A DNA stretch of 64,000 nucleotides, from NCBI GenBank assembly GCA_934122395.1, contig CAKOWQ010000003.1, forward strand, positions 37,141-101,140, in the 5' to 3' direction. Origin of the DNA: an uncultured Bacilli bacterium. GTDB taxonomy: Bacteria; Bacillota_I; Bacilli_A; RF39; UBA660. Numbering within the stretch: position 1 is the stretch's first letter; each line of letters begins with the position of its first letter. Position numbers and translations under genes: made by a program. The notes under the pieces were generated by a model that was given only the letters and a program-made list of their open reading frames with translations, was not told the origin of the DNA and did not search any database. Below, piece by piece: positions 36,566 through 44,814 of the stretch.

Positions 36566-37848
36566 TAGATATTAAACTTATAAGAGAAAATAAAGAATTA
36601 GCAAAAGAAAATATTAAAAAGAAATTTCAAGATGAAAAACTACATTTAGTAGATGAAGTTTATGAAATGGATAAAAAAGTAAGAGATGTTCAAACTAGAG
36701 TAGATAGTTTAAAAGCCGAAAAGAACAAGTTGAGTGGCGAAATTGGCAAATTAATGAAAGATAAGATGATTGATGAAGCAAGTAAGATTAAAGATAAAAT
36801 AGCTGAAATGTCTAATGAGATTGCGACTCTTGAAGAAGAATTTGTAAAATTAGGTAAAGAAATAAAAGAACGTATGTTAGTAATACCAAATATCATGGAT
36901 AGTTCTGTTCCAATTGGTAAGGATGATTCATGTAATGTTGAAGTACAAAAATTTGGTGAACCAACAGTTCCTAGTTATGAGATACCATACCACGCTGATA
37001 TCATTAATAATTTAAAAGGTATGGATAAGGAAGCAGCAGGACGTACCAGTGGAGAAGGTTTCTATTTCCTATTGGGGGATATTGCAAGGCTTCATGAAGC
37101 TATGTTAGCGTGTGCTAGAGATTATATGATAGATAATGGATTTACTTATGCTATTCCTCCATTTATGATTCATAGTGATGTTGTAACTGGTGTTATGTCT
37201 TTTCCTGAAATGGAAGCTATGATGTATAAAATAGAAGGTGAAGATCTATACTTAATTGGTACAAGTGAACATTCTATGATTGGTAAGTTTAAAGACCAAA
37301 TAATTAAACGTGAAGAATTACCAATAAGCATGACTTCTTATTCTCCTTGTTTTAGAAAAGAAGGAGGTTCTCATGGACTAGAAGAACGTGGGCTTTACCG
37401 TGTTCATCAATTTGAAAAACAAGAAATGATTGTAATATGTGAACCAGAAGATTCTATGAAATGGTATGAAAAAATGTGGAAATTAACAGTTGACTTATTT
37501 AGAAGTTGGAATATTCCGGTAAGACAATTAGAGTGCTGCAGTGGTGATTTAGCTGATTTAAAAGTTAAATCTTGTGATATTGAAGCATGGAGTCCTCGTC
37601 AACAAAAATATTTTGAAGTTGGTAGTTGTTCTACTTTAGGCGATGCTCAAGCAAGACGTTTAGGAATAAGAACTAAAGGAGAAAAAGGGACATATTACTT
37701 ACACACTTTAAATAACACAGTAGTTGCAACACCTAGAGGATTAATTGCATTACTAGAGAATAATTACAATGAAGATGGAAGCGTTACTATTCCAGAAGTA
37801 TTAAGACCATACATGGGTGGTAAGGATAAAATCGTTCCACAAAAATAA
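36562..37848 (+). CDS. serS: Serine--tRNA ligase
   Basis: N-terminal coiled-coil arm and class II motifs (FRKEGGSHGLEERGLYRVHQFEKQEM, TLNNTVVATPR). Length 428 aa. Confidence 0.92.
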   Translation: MIDIKLIRENKELAKENIKKKFQDEKLHLVDEVYEMDKKVRDVQTRVDSLKAEKNKLSGEIGKLMKDKMIDEASKIKDKIAEMSNEIATLEEEFVKLGKEIKERMLVIPNIMDSSVPIGKDDSCNVEVQKFGEPTVPSYEIPYHADIINNLKGMDKEAAGRTSGEGFYFLLGDIARLHEAMLACARDYMIDNGFTYAIPPFMIHSDVVTGVMSFPEMEAMMYKIEGEDLYLIGTSEHSMIGKFKDQIIKREELPISMTSYSPCFRKEGGSHGLEERGLYRVHQFEKQEMIVICEPEDSMKWYEKMWKLTVDLFRSWNIPVRQLECCSGDLADLKVKSCDIEAWSPRQQKYFEVGSCSTLGDAQARRLGIRTKGEKGTYYLHTLNNTVVATPRGLIALLENNYNEDGSVTIPEVLRPYMGGKDKIVPQK

Positions 37849-37907
37849 AGAGCTTGCGCTCTTTTTTTTCTATATTTATCGTGGTATAATGATAATGAGG
37901 TGGTACT

Positions 37908-38309
37908 ATGAAGGAACTAACTGAAAAAGAAATAGCAGAAAAATTAGATAAAATGCGTGAAAAAGCTATTTTAGAATTACATGAATGGGATTCAACTAAG
38001 GGAAAAGGTTTTATAATCAATCCTGATGGTACTATTTATGATTATAATTGGTTTTTGGGTTTTAACAGCAAAACAAATAATTTTGGAATGTGTACTTCTC
38101 TTGAAATGCGAAACATAAAAGCTGATTGTGATAAAATTAAGAATTATTTACAAGATGATTTGATGATTTTTGATATGGAATACGATACTAATTTTCATCA
38201 AGATGGTGGATGTGATATAATTGTTAAATTTGATGATAAAAATAAGTATTCTAATAATATTAAATTGTTCAAAAGAATATCTAAAGAAATAGATAAAATG
38301 TTTAAATAG
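37908..38309 (+). CDS. Hypothetical protein (133 aa)
   Basis: ORF with SD gaggtgg upstream. No recognisable motif. Confidence 0.45.
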   Translation: MKELTEKEIAEKLDKMREKAILELHEWDSTKGKGFIINPDGTIYDYNWFLGFNSKTNNFGMCTSLEMRNIKADCDKIKNYLQDDLMIFDMEYDTNFHQDGGCDIIVKFDDKNKYSNNIKLFKRISKEIDKMFK

Positions 38310-38320
38310 GAGGATTTATA

Positions 38321-39319
38321 ATGAAGATATTAGTAACTGGTGGATGTGGCTATATTGGTAGCCATACATGCGTTGAATTATTAAATGGAGGATATGAAGT
38401 AGTAGTAGTAGATAATTTTTCTAACTCTAAAAAAGATGTGGTAGACAAAATAAAAGAAATTACACATAAAGATTTTACCTTTTATGAAGGGGATGTATGT
38501 GATAAAGAATTAATGGAGAAAATCTTTTCTTCAGAAAAAATAGATGCAGTTATTCATTTTGCAGGATACAAAGCAGTAGGTGAGTCTGTTAAAAAACCAC
38601 TTATGTACTATCGTAATAACTTAGATTCGACTTTAACACTATGTGAAGTAATGAGTGAACATAATGTTAAGAAGTTGGTATTCTCTAGTAGTGCTACAGT
38701 ATATGGTAGTCCTAAAAGTTTACCTATAAAAGAAGATTTTCCGTTATCAACTACAAATCCATATGGTTCAACTAAATTAATGATAGAAGGAATTTTAAAA
38801 GATTTATATATATCTGATAATGAATGGAGTATTGCAGTATTAAGATACTTTAACCCAATAGGTGCTCATGAGTCTGGGTTAATTGGTGAAAATCCTAACG
38901 ATATACCAAATAACTTGATGCCATATATAGTAAAAGTTGCAATTGGGGAGTTGGAATGTTTGAATATTTTTGGTGATGATTATGATACTAAAGATGGTAC
39001 AGGTGTTAGAGATTATATTCATGTTGTTGATTTGAGTAAAGGACATTTAAAAGCAATCGAAAAAATTAAAAACAGTAAAGGAATTGATTATTATAATCTA
39101 GGTACAGGAAATGGGTATAGTGTACTTGAAATAGTAAAAAATTTCTCTAAAATAAATAATGTTAAAGTAAACTATAAAATAACTGAACGTCGTCCTGGAG
39201 ATATTGCTGCATGTTATGCTGACCCTAGTTACGCTAAAGAACAACTTGGATGGGAAGCGGAAAAGGGTATTGAAGATATGTGCAAAGATGCATATAACTT
39301 TGTAATGAAGAACAAATAA
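38321..39319 (+). CDS. galE: UDP-glucose 4-epimerase
   Basis: MKILVTGGCGYIGSHT (Rossmann fold), SSSATVYG, YGSTKLMIE (YxxxK). Length 332 aa. Confidence 0.92.
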   Translation: MKILVTGGCGYIGSHTCVELLNGGYEVVVVDNFSNSKKDVVDKIKEITHKDFTFYEGDVCDKELMEKIFSSEKIDAVIHFAGYKAVGESVKKPLMYYRNNLDSTLTLCEVMSEHNVKKLVFSSSATVYGSPKSLPIKEDFPLSTTNPYGSTKLMIEGILKDLYISDNEWSIAVLRYFNPIGAHESGLIGENPNDIPNNLMPYIVKVAIGELECLNIFGDDYDTKDGTGVRDYIHVVDLSKGHLKAIEKIKNSKGIDYYNLGTGNGYSVLEIVKNFSKINNVKVNYKITERRPGDIAACYADPSYAKEQLGWEAEKGIEDMCKDAYNFVMKNK

Positions 39320-39320
39320 T

Positions 39321-40343
39321 ATGGAAGAAATTAAAGCAAGTAGAATTAATGGGCGACTTGATTTAGATGAATATTTTAGTCAAAGAGGAGTGCCTAATTG
39401 TGTAGATCTAGAAGAATTAGCAAGCAAAGGATTAATAGAACCAGAAATATCAGGAATATGTGATAAATTTTGGATATTATCTAGTGATAATAACGAACGT
39501 ATTGCATTATTTAAAGTATCAGAAGCAAACTCTTATGCTGATTATGCTGAACTTTTAGCTGAGGAAATGGCTAAAGTTATGGAAATAAAAACCGCACATT
39601 ATGATTTGGCAACGTTTAATGGAATGAATGGAGTTATAAGTTATAATTTCTTAGATGAGTATGATTCCATATATCATGGTACGGATATTATATTAGATTA
39701 TTATGATGAAAAAATAGAGGATAGTGCAGAGCTTTTATCGATGTATGGCTTAACTAGTAAAGATTTAATTGATGATGTTTGCCTTAAATTAAATAACTTA
39801 GAAGATATATGGTCAATTATAGAACATAAATATAAAGATTATAATAATAAAAGTGGAATCGTTAAACGCGTTATGGACGGATTAGTTGACAAATTAATTT
39901 TTGATGTTTTGACTAATAATGTTGATGACCATTCAGAGAATTGGGGTATTATTGATACTGATTCTGGAAAATATCTAGCCCCAATGTATGATAATAGTAG
40001 AATTTTAGGACTTTATAAAAATGTTGTTGTAGAAAAGGCATTAAGGCAAAAGCAAGACGAGGAGTCACCTTTATATTTGACTGTTGATAATTCTAGTGAT
40101 AAATATCCAGCGGAAGTATTAGATAAATTTTTACGTATTTCTAGTAGTGAATACGTTGATTTAGTAAAAGAAAAAATATCTTTGTTACAGGAACACGTAT
40201 GTGAAATTCCAGAAATGGTTGAAGCACGTACTGGTGTACAAATGAGTGATTTCTTAAAAAGATATTTTAATGAGTCTATCGCAAACAATTTAGAAACTGC
40301 TAGTACAATAGTAGATAAATATGATAGAAAACGTGCTAAATAA
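39321..40343 (+). CDS. HipA-like Ser/Thr kinase domain protein
   Basis: The catalytic-loop-like VLTNNVDDHSENWGII and LAPMYDNS resemble the HipA_C motifs (NxDDHxxN ... aPxYD). The ATG is 1 nt after the galE stop. Confidence 0.6.
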   Translation: MEEIKASRINGRLDLDEYFSQRGVPNCVDLEELASKGLIEPEISGICDKFWILSSDNNERIALFKVSEANSYADYAELLAEEMAKVMEIKTAHYDLATFNGMNGVISYNFLDEYDSIYHGTDIILDYYDEKIEDSAELLSMYGLTSKDLIDDVCLKLNNLEDIWSIIEHKYKDYNNKSGIVKRVMDGLVDKLIFDVLTNNVDDHSENWGIIDTDSGKYLAPMYDNSRILGLYKNVVVEKALRQKQDEESPLYLTVDNSSDKYPAEVLDKFLRISSSEYVDLVKEKISLLQEHVCEIPEMVEARTGVQMSDFLKRYFNESIANNLETASTIVDKYDRKRAK

Positions 40344-40346
40344 TTG

Positions 40347-40386
40347 ACACTTTGTAAAGATTACTTTACAGGTGTTCTTTTTTTTA
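40347..40386 (+). terminator. Rho-independent terminator after the HipA-like gene
   Basis: Stem tgtaaag/ctttaca with flanking extension, followed by a T8 run. Confidence 0.65.
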
Positions 40387-40431
40387 GAATAATAAAGTGC
40401 TATACTTAAATTATAAAAAATAGGAGGTTAT

Positions 40432-41121
40432 ATGTATTCAAAAGAAGTAGAGGACATGTGTACTGTGAATAAAGGTGCTAATCATGGACCAGCTCCTATA
40501 CCTGAAGAAGGAAAGTTTGTTGAGGCTAAAGAAATAAAAGATATTTCTGGACTTACTCATGGTATAGGTTGGTGTGCGCCACAACAAGGTGCTTGTAAAT
40601 TGACACTTAATATTAAAAATGGAATTATAGAGGAAGCTTTAGTAGAAACAGTAGGTTGTTCAGGAATGACTCATTCAGCTGCTATGGCTTCAGAAATATT
40701 AGTAGGTAAAACATTGCTTGAAGCATTAAATACTGACTTAGTTTGTGATGCTATTAATACTGCAATGAGAGAATTGTTCTTACAAATAGTCTATGGTAGA
40801 AGTCAATCGGCTTTCTCAGAGGGGGGGTTACTAGTAGGAGCAGGACTTGAAGATTTAGGTAAAGGACATCGTAGTCAAGTTGGTACTTGTTACAGTACTA
40901 AATTAAAAGGTCCTAGATATCTAGAATTATCTGAAGGATATATTACAGAAATAGGATTAGATGAAAATAATGAAATCATTGGATATAAGTATGTTAACTT
41001 AGGTAAGATGATGGATAATATAAAAAAGAAAATGGAGCCGCTAGAAGCAATTGAAAAAGCTAGTGGTAAATATGGAAGATTCGATGAAGCAGTAAAAGTA
41101 ATCGATCCAAGGGAGGAGTAG
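40432..41121 (+). CDS. NifU/IscU-like Fe-S scaffold-domain protein
   Basis: GWCAPQQGACKLTLNIKNGIIEEALVETVGCSGMTHSAAMASEIL has the three-Cys layout of the NifU_N/IscU fold. It is followed 2 nt later by the GGGtGRT gene. Confidence 0.65.
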   Translation: MYSKEVEDMCTVNKGANHGPAPIPEEGKFVEAKEIKDISGLTHGIGWCAPQQGACKLTLNIKNGIIEEALVETVGCSGMTHSAAMASEILVGKTLLEALNTDLVCDAINTAMRELFLQIVYGRSQSAFSEGGLLVGAGLEDLGKGHRSQVGTCYSTKLKGPRYLELSEGYITEIGLDENNEIIGYKYVNLGKMMDNIKKKMEPLEAIEKASGKYGRFDEAVKVIDPREE

Positions 41122-41123
41122 TT

Positions 41124-42125
41124 ATGGCATTATTTGAAAATTATGATAGAAGAATTAAACAAATAGAAGCTACTCTAAATAAGCATGGAATTGCTACTAT
41201 AGAAGATGCTAAAAAAATATGTGAGGAAAAAGGTATCGATGTTTTTGAAATAGTAAGAGGTATTCAACCAATTTGTTTTGATAATGCTTGTTGGGCATAT
41301 ACGGTAGGTGCTGCTATTGCAATAAAAGAAAATGCTAAAACAGCAGCAGAAGCAAGTAAGTATATCGGAGAAGGTTTACAATCTTTTTGTATCCCAGGAA
41401 GTGTTGCTGATGAGAGAAAAGTTGGATTAGGTCATGGTAATTTAGGTGCTATGTTATTAAGTGAAGATACAGAGTGCTTTGCATTCTTAGCAGGACATGA
41501 ATCTTTTGCAGCAGCAGAAGGAGCTATAGGTATTGCAAAATCTGCTAATAAAGTAAGACAAAAACCATTAAGAGTAATACTTAATGGATTAGGTAAAGAT
41601 GCTGCTCAAATAATTTCTAGAATAAATGGATTTACTTTTGTAGAGACTGAATATGATTTTGCAACTTCTACTTTAAAAATAGTTAGTGAGAAAGCTTATT
41701 CTAATGGTGAGCGAAGTAAAGTAAAATGTTATGGAGCTAATGATGTAAGAGAAGGCGTTGCTATAATGCATCATGAAAATGTTGATGTATCTATTACAGG
41801 CAATTCAACTAATCCTACAAGATTCCAACATCCAGTAGCAGGTACTTATAAAAAAGAAAGATTGGAGCAAGGTAAAAAGTATTTTTCAGTAGCAAGTGGT
41901 GGAGGAACTGGTAGAACACTTCATCCTGATAATATGGCTGCTGGACCTTCTAGTTATGGTATGACAGATACAATGGGTAGAATGCATAGTGATGCTCAAT
42001 TTGCTGGTTCTTCTTCAGTCCCTGCTCATGTAGAAATGATGGGATTAATAGGAATGGGGAATAATCCAATGGTTGGTGCTACTGTAGCAGTAAGTGTAAA
42101 AGTATTTGAAACTTTAAATAAATAA
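41124..42125 (+). CDS. GGGtGRT family protein (uncharacterised)
   Basis: Contains the family-defining SGGGTGRTLHPDN motif. The 333-aa length matches my recollection of the Pfam GGGtGRT family at about 330 aa. Confidence 0.75.
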   Translation: MALFENYDRRIKQIEATLNKHGIATIEDAKKICEEKGIDVFEIVRGIQPICFDNACWAYTVGAAIAIKENAKTAAEASKYIGEGLQSFCIPGSVADERKVGLGHGNLGAMLLSEDTECFAFLAGHESFAAAEGAIGIAKSANKVRQKPLRVILNGLGKDAAQIISRINGFTFVETEYDFATSTLKIVSEKAYSNGERSKVKCYGANDVREGVAIMHHENVDVSITGNSTNPTRFQHPVAGTYKKERLEQGKKYFSVASGGGTGRTLHPDNMAAGPSSYGMTDTMGRMHSDAQFAGSSSVPAHVEMMGLIGMGNNPMVGATVAVSVKVFETLNK

Positions 42126-42150
42126 AAATGGTCGTATGACCATTTTTTTT
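42125..42150. terminator. Bidirectional Rho-independent terminator between convergent genes
   Basis: aaaatggtc-gtat-gaccatttt flanked by an A-run and a T-run. Confidence 0.8.
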
Positions 42151-42673
42151 ATTTGTTATTTAGTTGTTTATCAATTCCAAATTTTATTCGTTTTACTAGT
42201 TGCTGATTACAAGGGGAAATGCGCTCTTCATTAATAGATACATTAATTCCTTCATTTAATGCATTTTCTATTCTAACATAGTTTAATAATCTTTCCATAT
42301 TATTGCTATGACTGTTTCCTAAGGTGTGTAATAATAAACCTGTTAATTGAACTCTATCTAAGTCGCAGTCTTGGATGTTTTTACAAGATAAAAGCCTTCT
42401 TAACTTAACTAGACAATCTTTTTCTTCACTAAAATAGCTTGAAAAAGAAGTAACTGTAGTTTGATCATATGAATCTTGTTGAAACTTTAATATAGGAAAA
42501 GTGATTAATTTCATGTGATTAATAGACGTTATTAATTCTCTTCTCAGATGTAGAATATATCTTTTTGCTTGTCTGTCTCCACAAATTACTATACTCTTAT
42601 TTGTAAATATTTCCCACACTTTATCATCTGTAGTTTTTAAATATTCAACAGAATCTTTAATTATTTGTTCCAT
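42149..42673 (-). CDS. Hypothetical protein (174 aa), divergent from sigG
   Basis: ORF with SD on the minus strand (aagaaacgaggaaa). No recognisable motif. Confidence 0.5.
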   Translation of the reverse strand: MEQIIKDSVEYLKTTDDKVWEIFTNKSIVICGDRQAKRYILHLRRELITSINHMKLITFPILKFQQDSYDQTTVTSFSSYFSEEKDCLVKLRRLLSCKNIQDCDLDRVQLTGLLLHTLGNSHSNNMERLLNYVRIENALNEGINVSINEERISPCNQQLVKRIKFGIDKQLNNK

Positions 42674-42740
42674 AAATTTTCCTCGTTTCTTGGCTTATTA
42701 TTATATATTTGGTAAATTAAATAATCAATACTAATTTATT

Positions 42741-42770
42741 GAATAATATTAACTTATCTTTTTCATTATA
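42741..42770 (+). promoter_or_regulatory. Candidate forespore (sigma-F/sigma-G type) promoter of sigG
   Basis: GAATA, exactly 18 nt, CATTATA. This fits the sigma-G consensus GHATR-N18-CATXHTA. It ends 21 nt before the sigG ATG. Confidence 0.5.
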
Positions 42771-42791
42771 AAATGGGAGGGATGAATAATT

Positions 42792-43568
42792 ATGGCACGT
42801 CACAAAGTTGAAATTAGTGGCGTGAATACAGCAAATATCAAAGTATTAACAAGTGAAGAAATGGAGGACTTATTTAAAAAATTACAAAATGGTGATGAAT
42901 CAGCAAGAAGTGAATTAGTAAATGGAAACTTAAAATTAGTTTTATCTATTTTAAAGAAATTTTCTAAAAAAGACGAAAATATGGATGATTTATTCCAAAT
43001 AGGTTGTATAGGTTTATTAAAAGCAATAGATAATTTTGACTTATCTTATGGAGTTAAGTTTTCAACTTATTGTGTTCCAATGATCCAAGGAGAAGTAAGA
43101 AGATATTTAAGAGATAATAGTAGTATAAGGGTTAGTAGATCTCTAAAGGATTTAGCATATAAATCTTTAAAAGTAAAAGATGAATTTATCTTAGAAAAAG
43201 GAATTGATCCAACTACTGATGAGATTGCTAATATTTTGGGTGTTTCTAATTATGAAGTTATTAATGCATTAGATTCGTTAAGGGATCCAGTTAGTATCTT
43301 TGAACCAATTTATTCTGATGGAGGAGACACTATTTATTTATGTGATCAAATAGAAGATAAAACAGTAAAAAATAATGACTTAGATATTAAATTATCAATT
43401 AATGATGCTATAAATAGTTTAGAAGAACGTGAGAAGTTTATTCTTGATCAAAGATTTGTTGTAGGAAAAACTCAAATGGAAATAGCAAGTGAATTAGGTA
43501 TTAGTCAAGCTCAAATATCTAGAATAGAGAAAAATGCAATTGAAAGTTTAAGAACTACTTTGAAATAA
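42792..43568 (+). CDS. sigG: Sporulation sigma factor SigG
   Basis: MARHKVEISGVNTANIKVLTSEEM...LVNGNLKLVLSILKKF...DDLFQIGCIGLLKAIDNFDLSYGVKFSTYCVPMIQGEVRRYLRDN is nearly collinear with B. subtilis SigG (NKVEICGVDTSKLPVL...FSTYAVPMIIGEIRRYLRDN). Confidence 0.85.
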   Translation: MARHKVEISGVNTANIKVLTSEEMEDLFKKLQNGDESARSELVNGNLKLVLSILKKFSKKDENMDDLFQIGCIGLLKAIDNFDLSYGVKFSTYCVPMIQGEVRRYLRDNSSIRVSRSLKDLAYKSLKVKDEFILEKGIDPTTDEIANILGVSNYEVINALDSLRDPVSIFEPIYSDGGDTIYLCDQIEDKTVKNNDLDIKLSINDAINSLEEREKFILDQRFVVGKTQMEIASELGISQAQISRIEKNAIESLRTTLK

Positions 43569-43628
43569 TGTTATGGATTTTTTCTTATCTTATGTGTATA
43601 ATTAAAATGTAAACATAAGAGGTGAAAA

Positions 43629-44726
43629 ATGAAAGTTTTATTATATACAGAAGGACTTGAACATATTGGTAAAAGTGGTTTAGGAAAAGCTATTAAGCAT
43701 CAAATGAAAGCATTAGATTATGTAGGTGTTAGTTATACACTTGATCCAGATGATGATTATGATATAGTTCACATTAATACATATGGGCCAAAATCTTTTG
43801 CACTAGCTCAAGCATCTAAGAAAAATGGTAAAAAAGTAGTATACCACGCACATTCTACAGAAGAGGATTTCAGAAATAGTTTCGTTTTATCAAATCAAAT
43901 TGCACCAATATTTAAAAAATGGATTGTTACTTGTTACAAATTAGGAGATCATATTATAACTCCAACACCATATTCTAAAAAGTTATTGGATGGTTATCAT
44001 ATGCATAGAGATATTACTGCTATATCTAATGGTATTGAAATAGAAAGATTTGTAACTGATAAAAAATTAGGAGATATTTTTAGAAAAACATATGGATATA
44101 AAAAGAATGATAAAGTAGTAATGGGAATCGGGTTATATTTAGAAAGAAAAGGTATATTAGACTTCGTAGAACTTGCAAAAAGATTACCACAATATAAATT
44201 TATTTGGTTTGGTTTTACTCCTTTATATACAGTTCCTGATAAGATTAGAAAAGCAGTTAAGACTGAGCTTTCAAATTTAACTTTTGCTGGATATGTTGAA
44301 CAAGAAATGATTATAAATGCTATGAATGGAGCAGATTTATATATATTCCCAACACTAGAAGAGACTGAGGGTATTCCAATACTAGAAGCATGTGCTTGTA
44401 AAGAAAAAGCATTAATTAGAGATATTCCAGTTTTTGATGAATGGTTAGAAGATGGAGTTAATGTATATAAAGCAAAAGATGTAGATGAGTTTGAAAAGAA
44501 AATTGTTGATATTTTAGAAGGGAAGTTACCTGATTTAACTGAAGAAGGTTATAAAGTAGCTTGTTCAAGGGATTTAAGAATTATTGGTAAACAATTGAAG
44601 GAAGTTTATGAAAAAGTCTTAGAAAATCCTGCAATAGATAAGAAGGAAAGTAGAAAAAGAGATAAAGAATTCCGTAATAAGCAAAGGGAAGATAGAAAAA
44701 AACTAAAAGAAACAATAAAAAAATAA
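43629..44726 (+). CDS. GT4-family (GT-B fold) glycosyltransferase with a Lys/Arg-rich C-terminal tail
   Basis: E-x7-E motif region PTLEETEGIPILEA. The N-terminal GKSGLGKAI is typical of glycolipid or sugar-transfer GT4 enzymes. Confidence 0.7.
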   Translation: MKVLLYTEGLEHIGKSGLGKAIKHQMKALDYVGVSYTLDPDDDYDIVHINTYGPKSFALAQASKKNGKKVVYHAHSTEEDFRNSFVLSNQIAPIFKKWIVTCYKLGDHIITPTPYSKKLLDGYHMHRDITAISNGIEIERFVTDKKLGDIFRKTYGYKKNDKVVMGIGLYLERKGILDFVELAKRLPQYKFIWFGFTPLYTVPDKIRKAVKTELSNLTFAGYVEQEMIINAMNGADLYIFPTLEETEGIPILEACACKEKALIRDIPVFDEWLEDGVNVYKAKDVDEFEKKIVDILEGKLPDLTEEGYKVACSRDLRIIGKQLKEVYEKVLENPAIDKKESRKRDKEFRNKQREDRKKLKETIKK

Positions 44727-44749
44727 TGACTAGAAATAGTCATTTTTTT
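44726..44749 (+). terminator. Rho-independent terminator after the GT4 gene
   Basis: atgacta-gaaa-tagtcat followed by T7. Confidence 0.8.
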
Positions 44750-44750
44750 A

Positions 44751-44781
44751 TTGCCAAATCCCTAGGGGGGGGGGGTATAAT
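44751..44781 (+). promoter_or_regulatory. Candidate sigma-A promoter whose spacer contains a G11 tract
   Basis: TTGCCA (44751-44756), a 19-nt spacer aatccctaGGGGGGGGGGG, then TATAAT (44776-44781). It lies 34 nt upstream of the ATG at 44815. Confidence 0.5.
44765..44775 (+). repeat. Homopolymeric G11 tract
   Basis: Counted directly: 11 consecutive G residues. It is the only long G/C homopolymer I saw in this AT-rich window. Confidence 0.95.
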
Positions 44782-44814
44782 AATTATAGATAAATATAAT
44801 TCGGAGTGAGAAGG

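Noticed and set aside
40821-40827. A G7 run inside the NifU-like CDS, considered as a possible second phase-variable tract.
   Set aside because: It encodes Gly-Gly in frame (gag ggg ggg tta). It is short for efficient slippage and lies in a conserved-looking housekeeping-type protein. There is no evidence of a frameshift.
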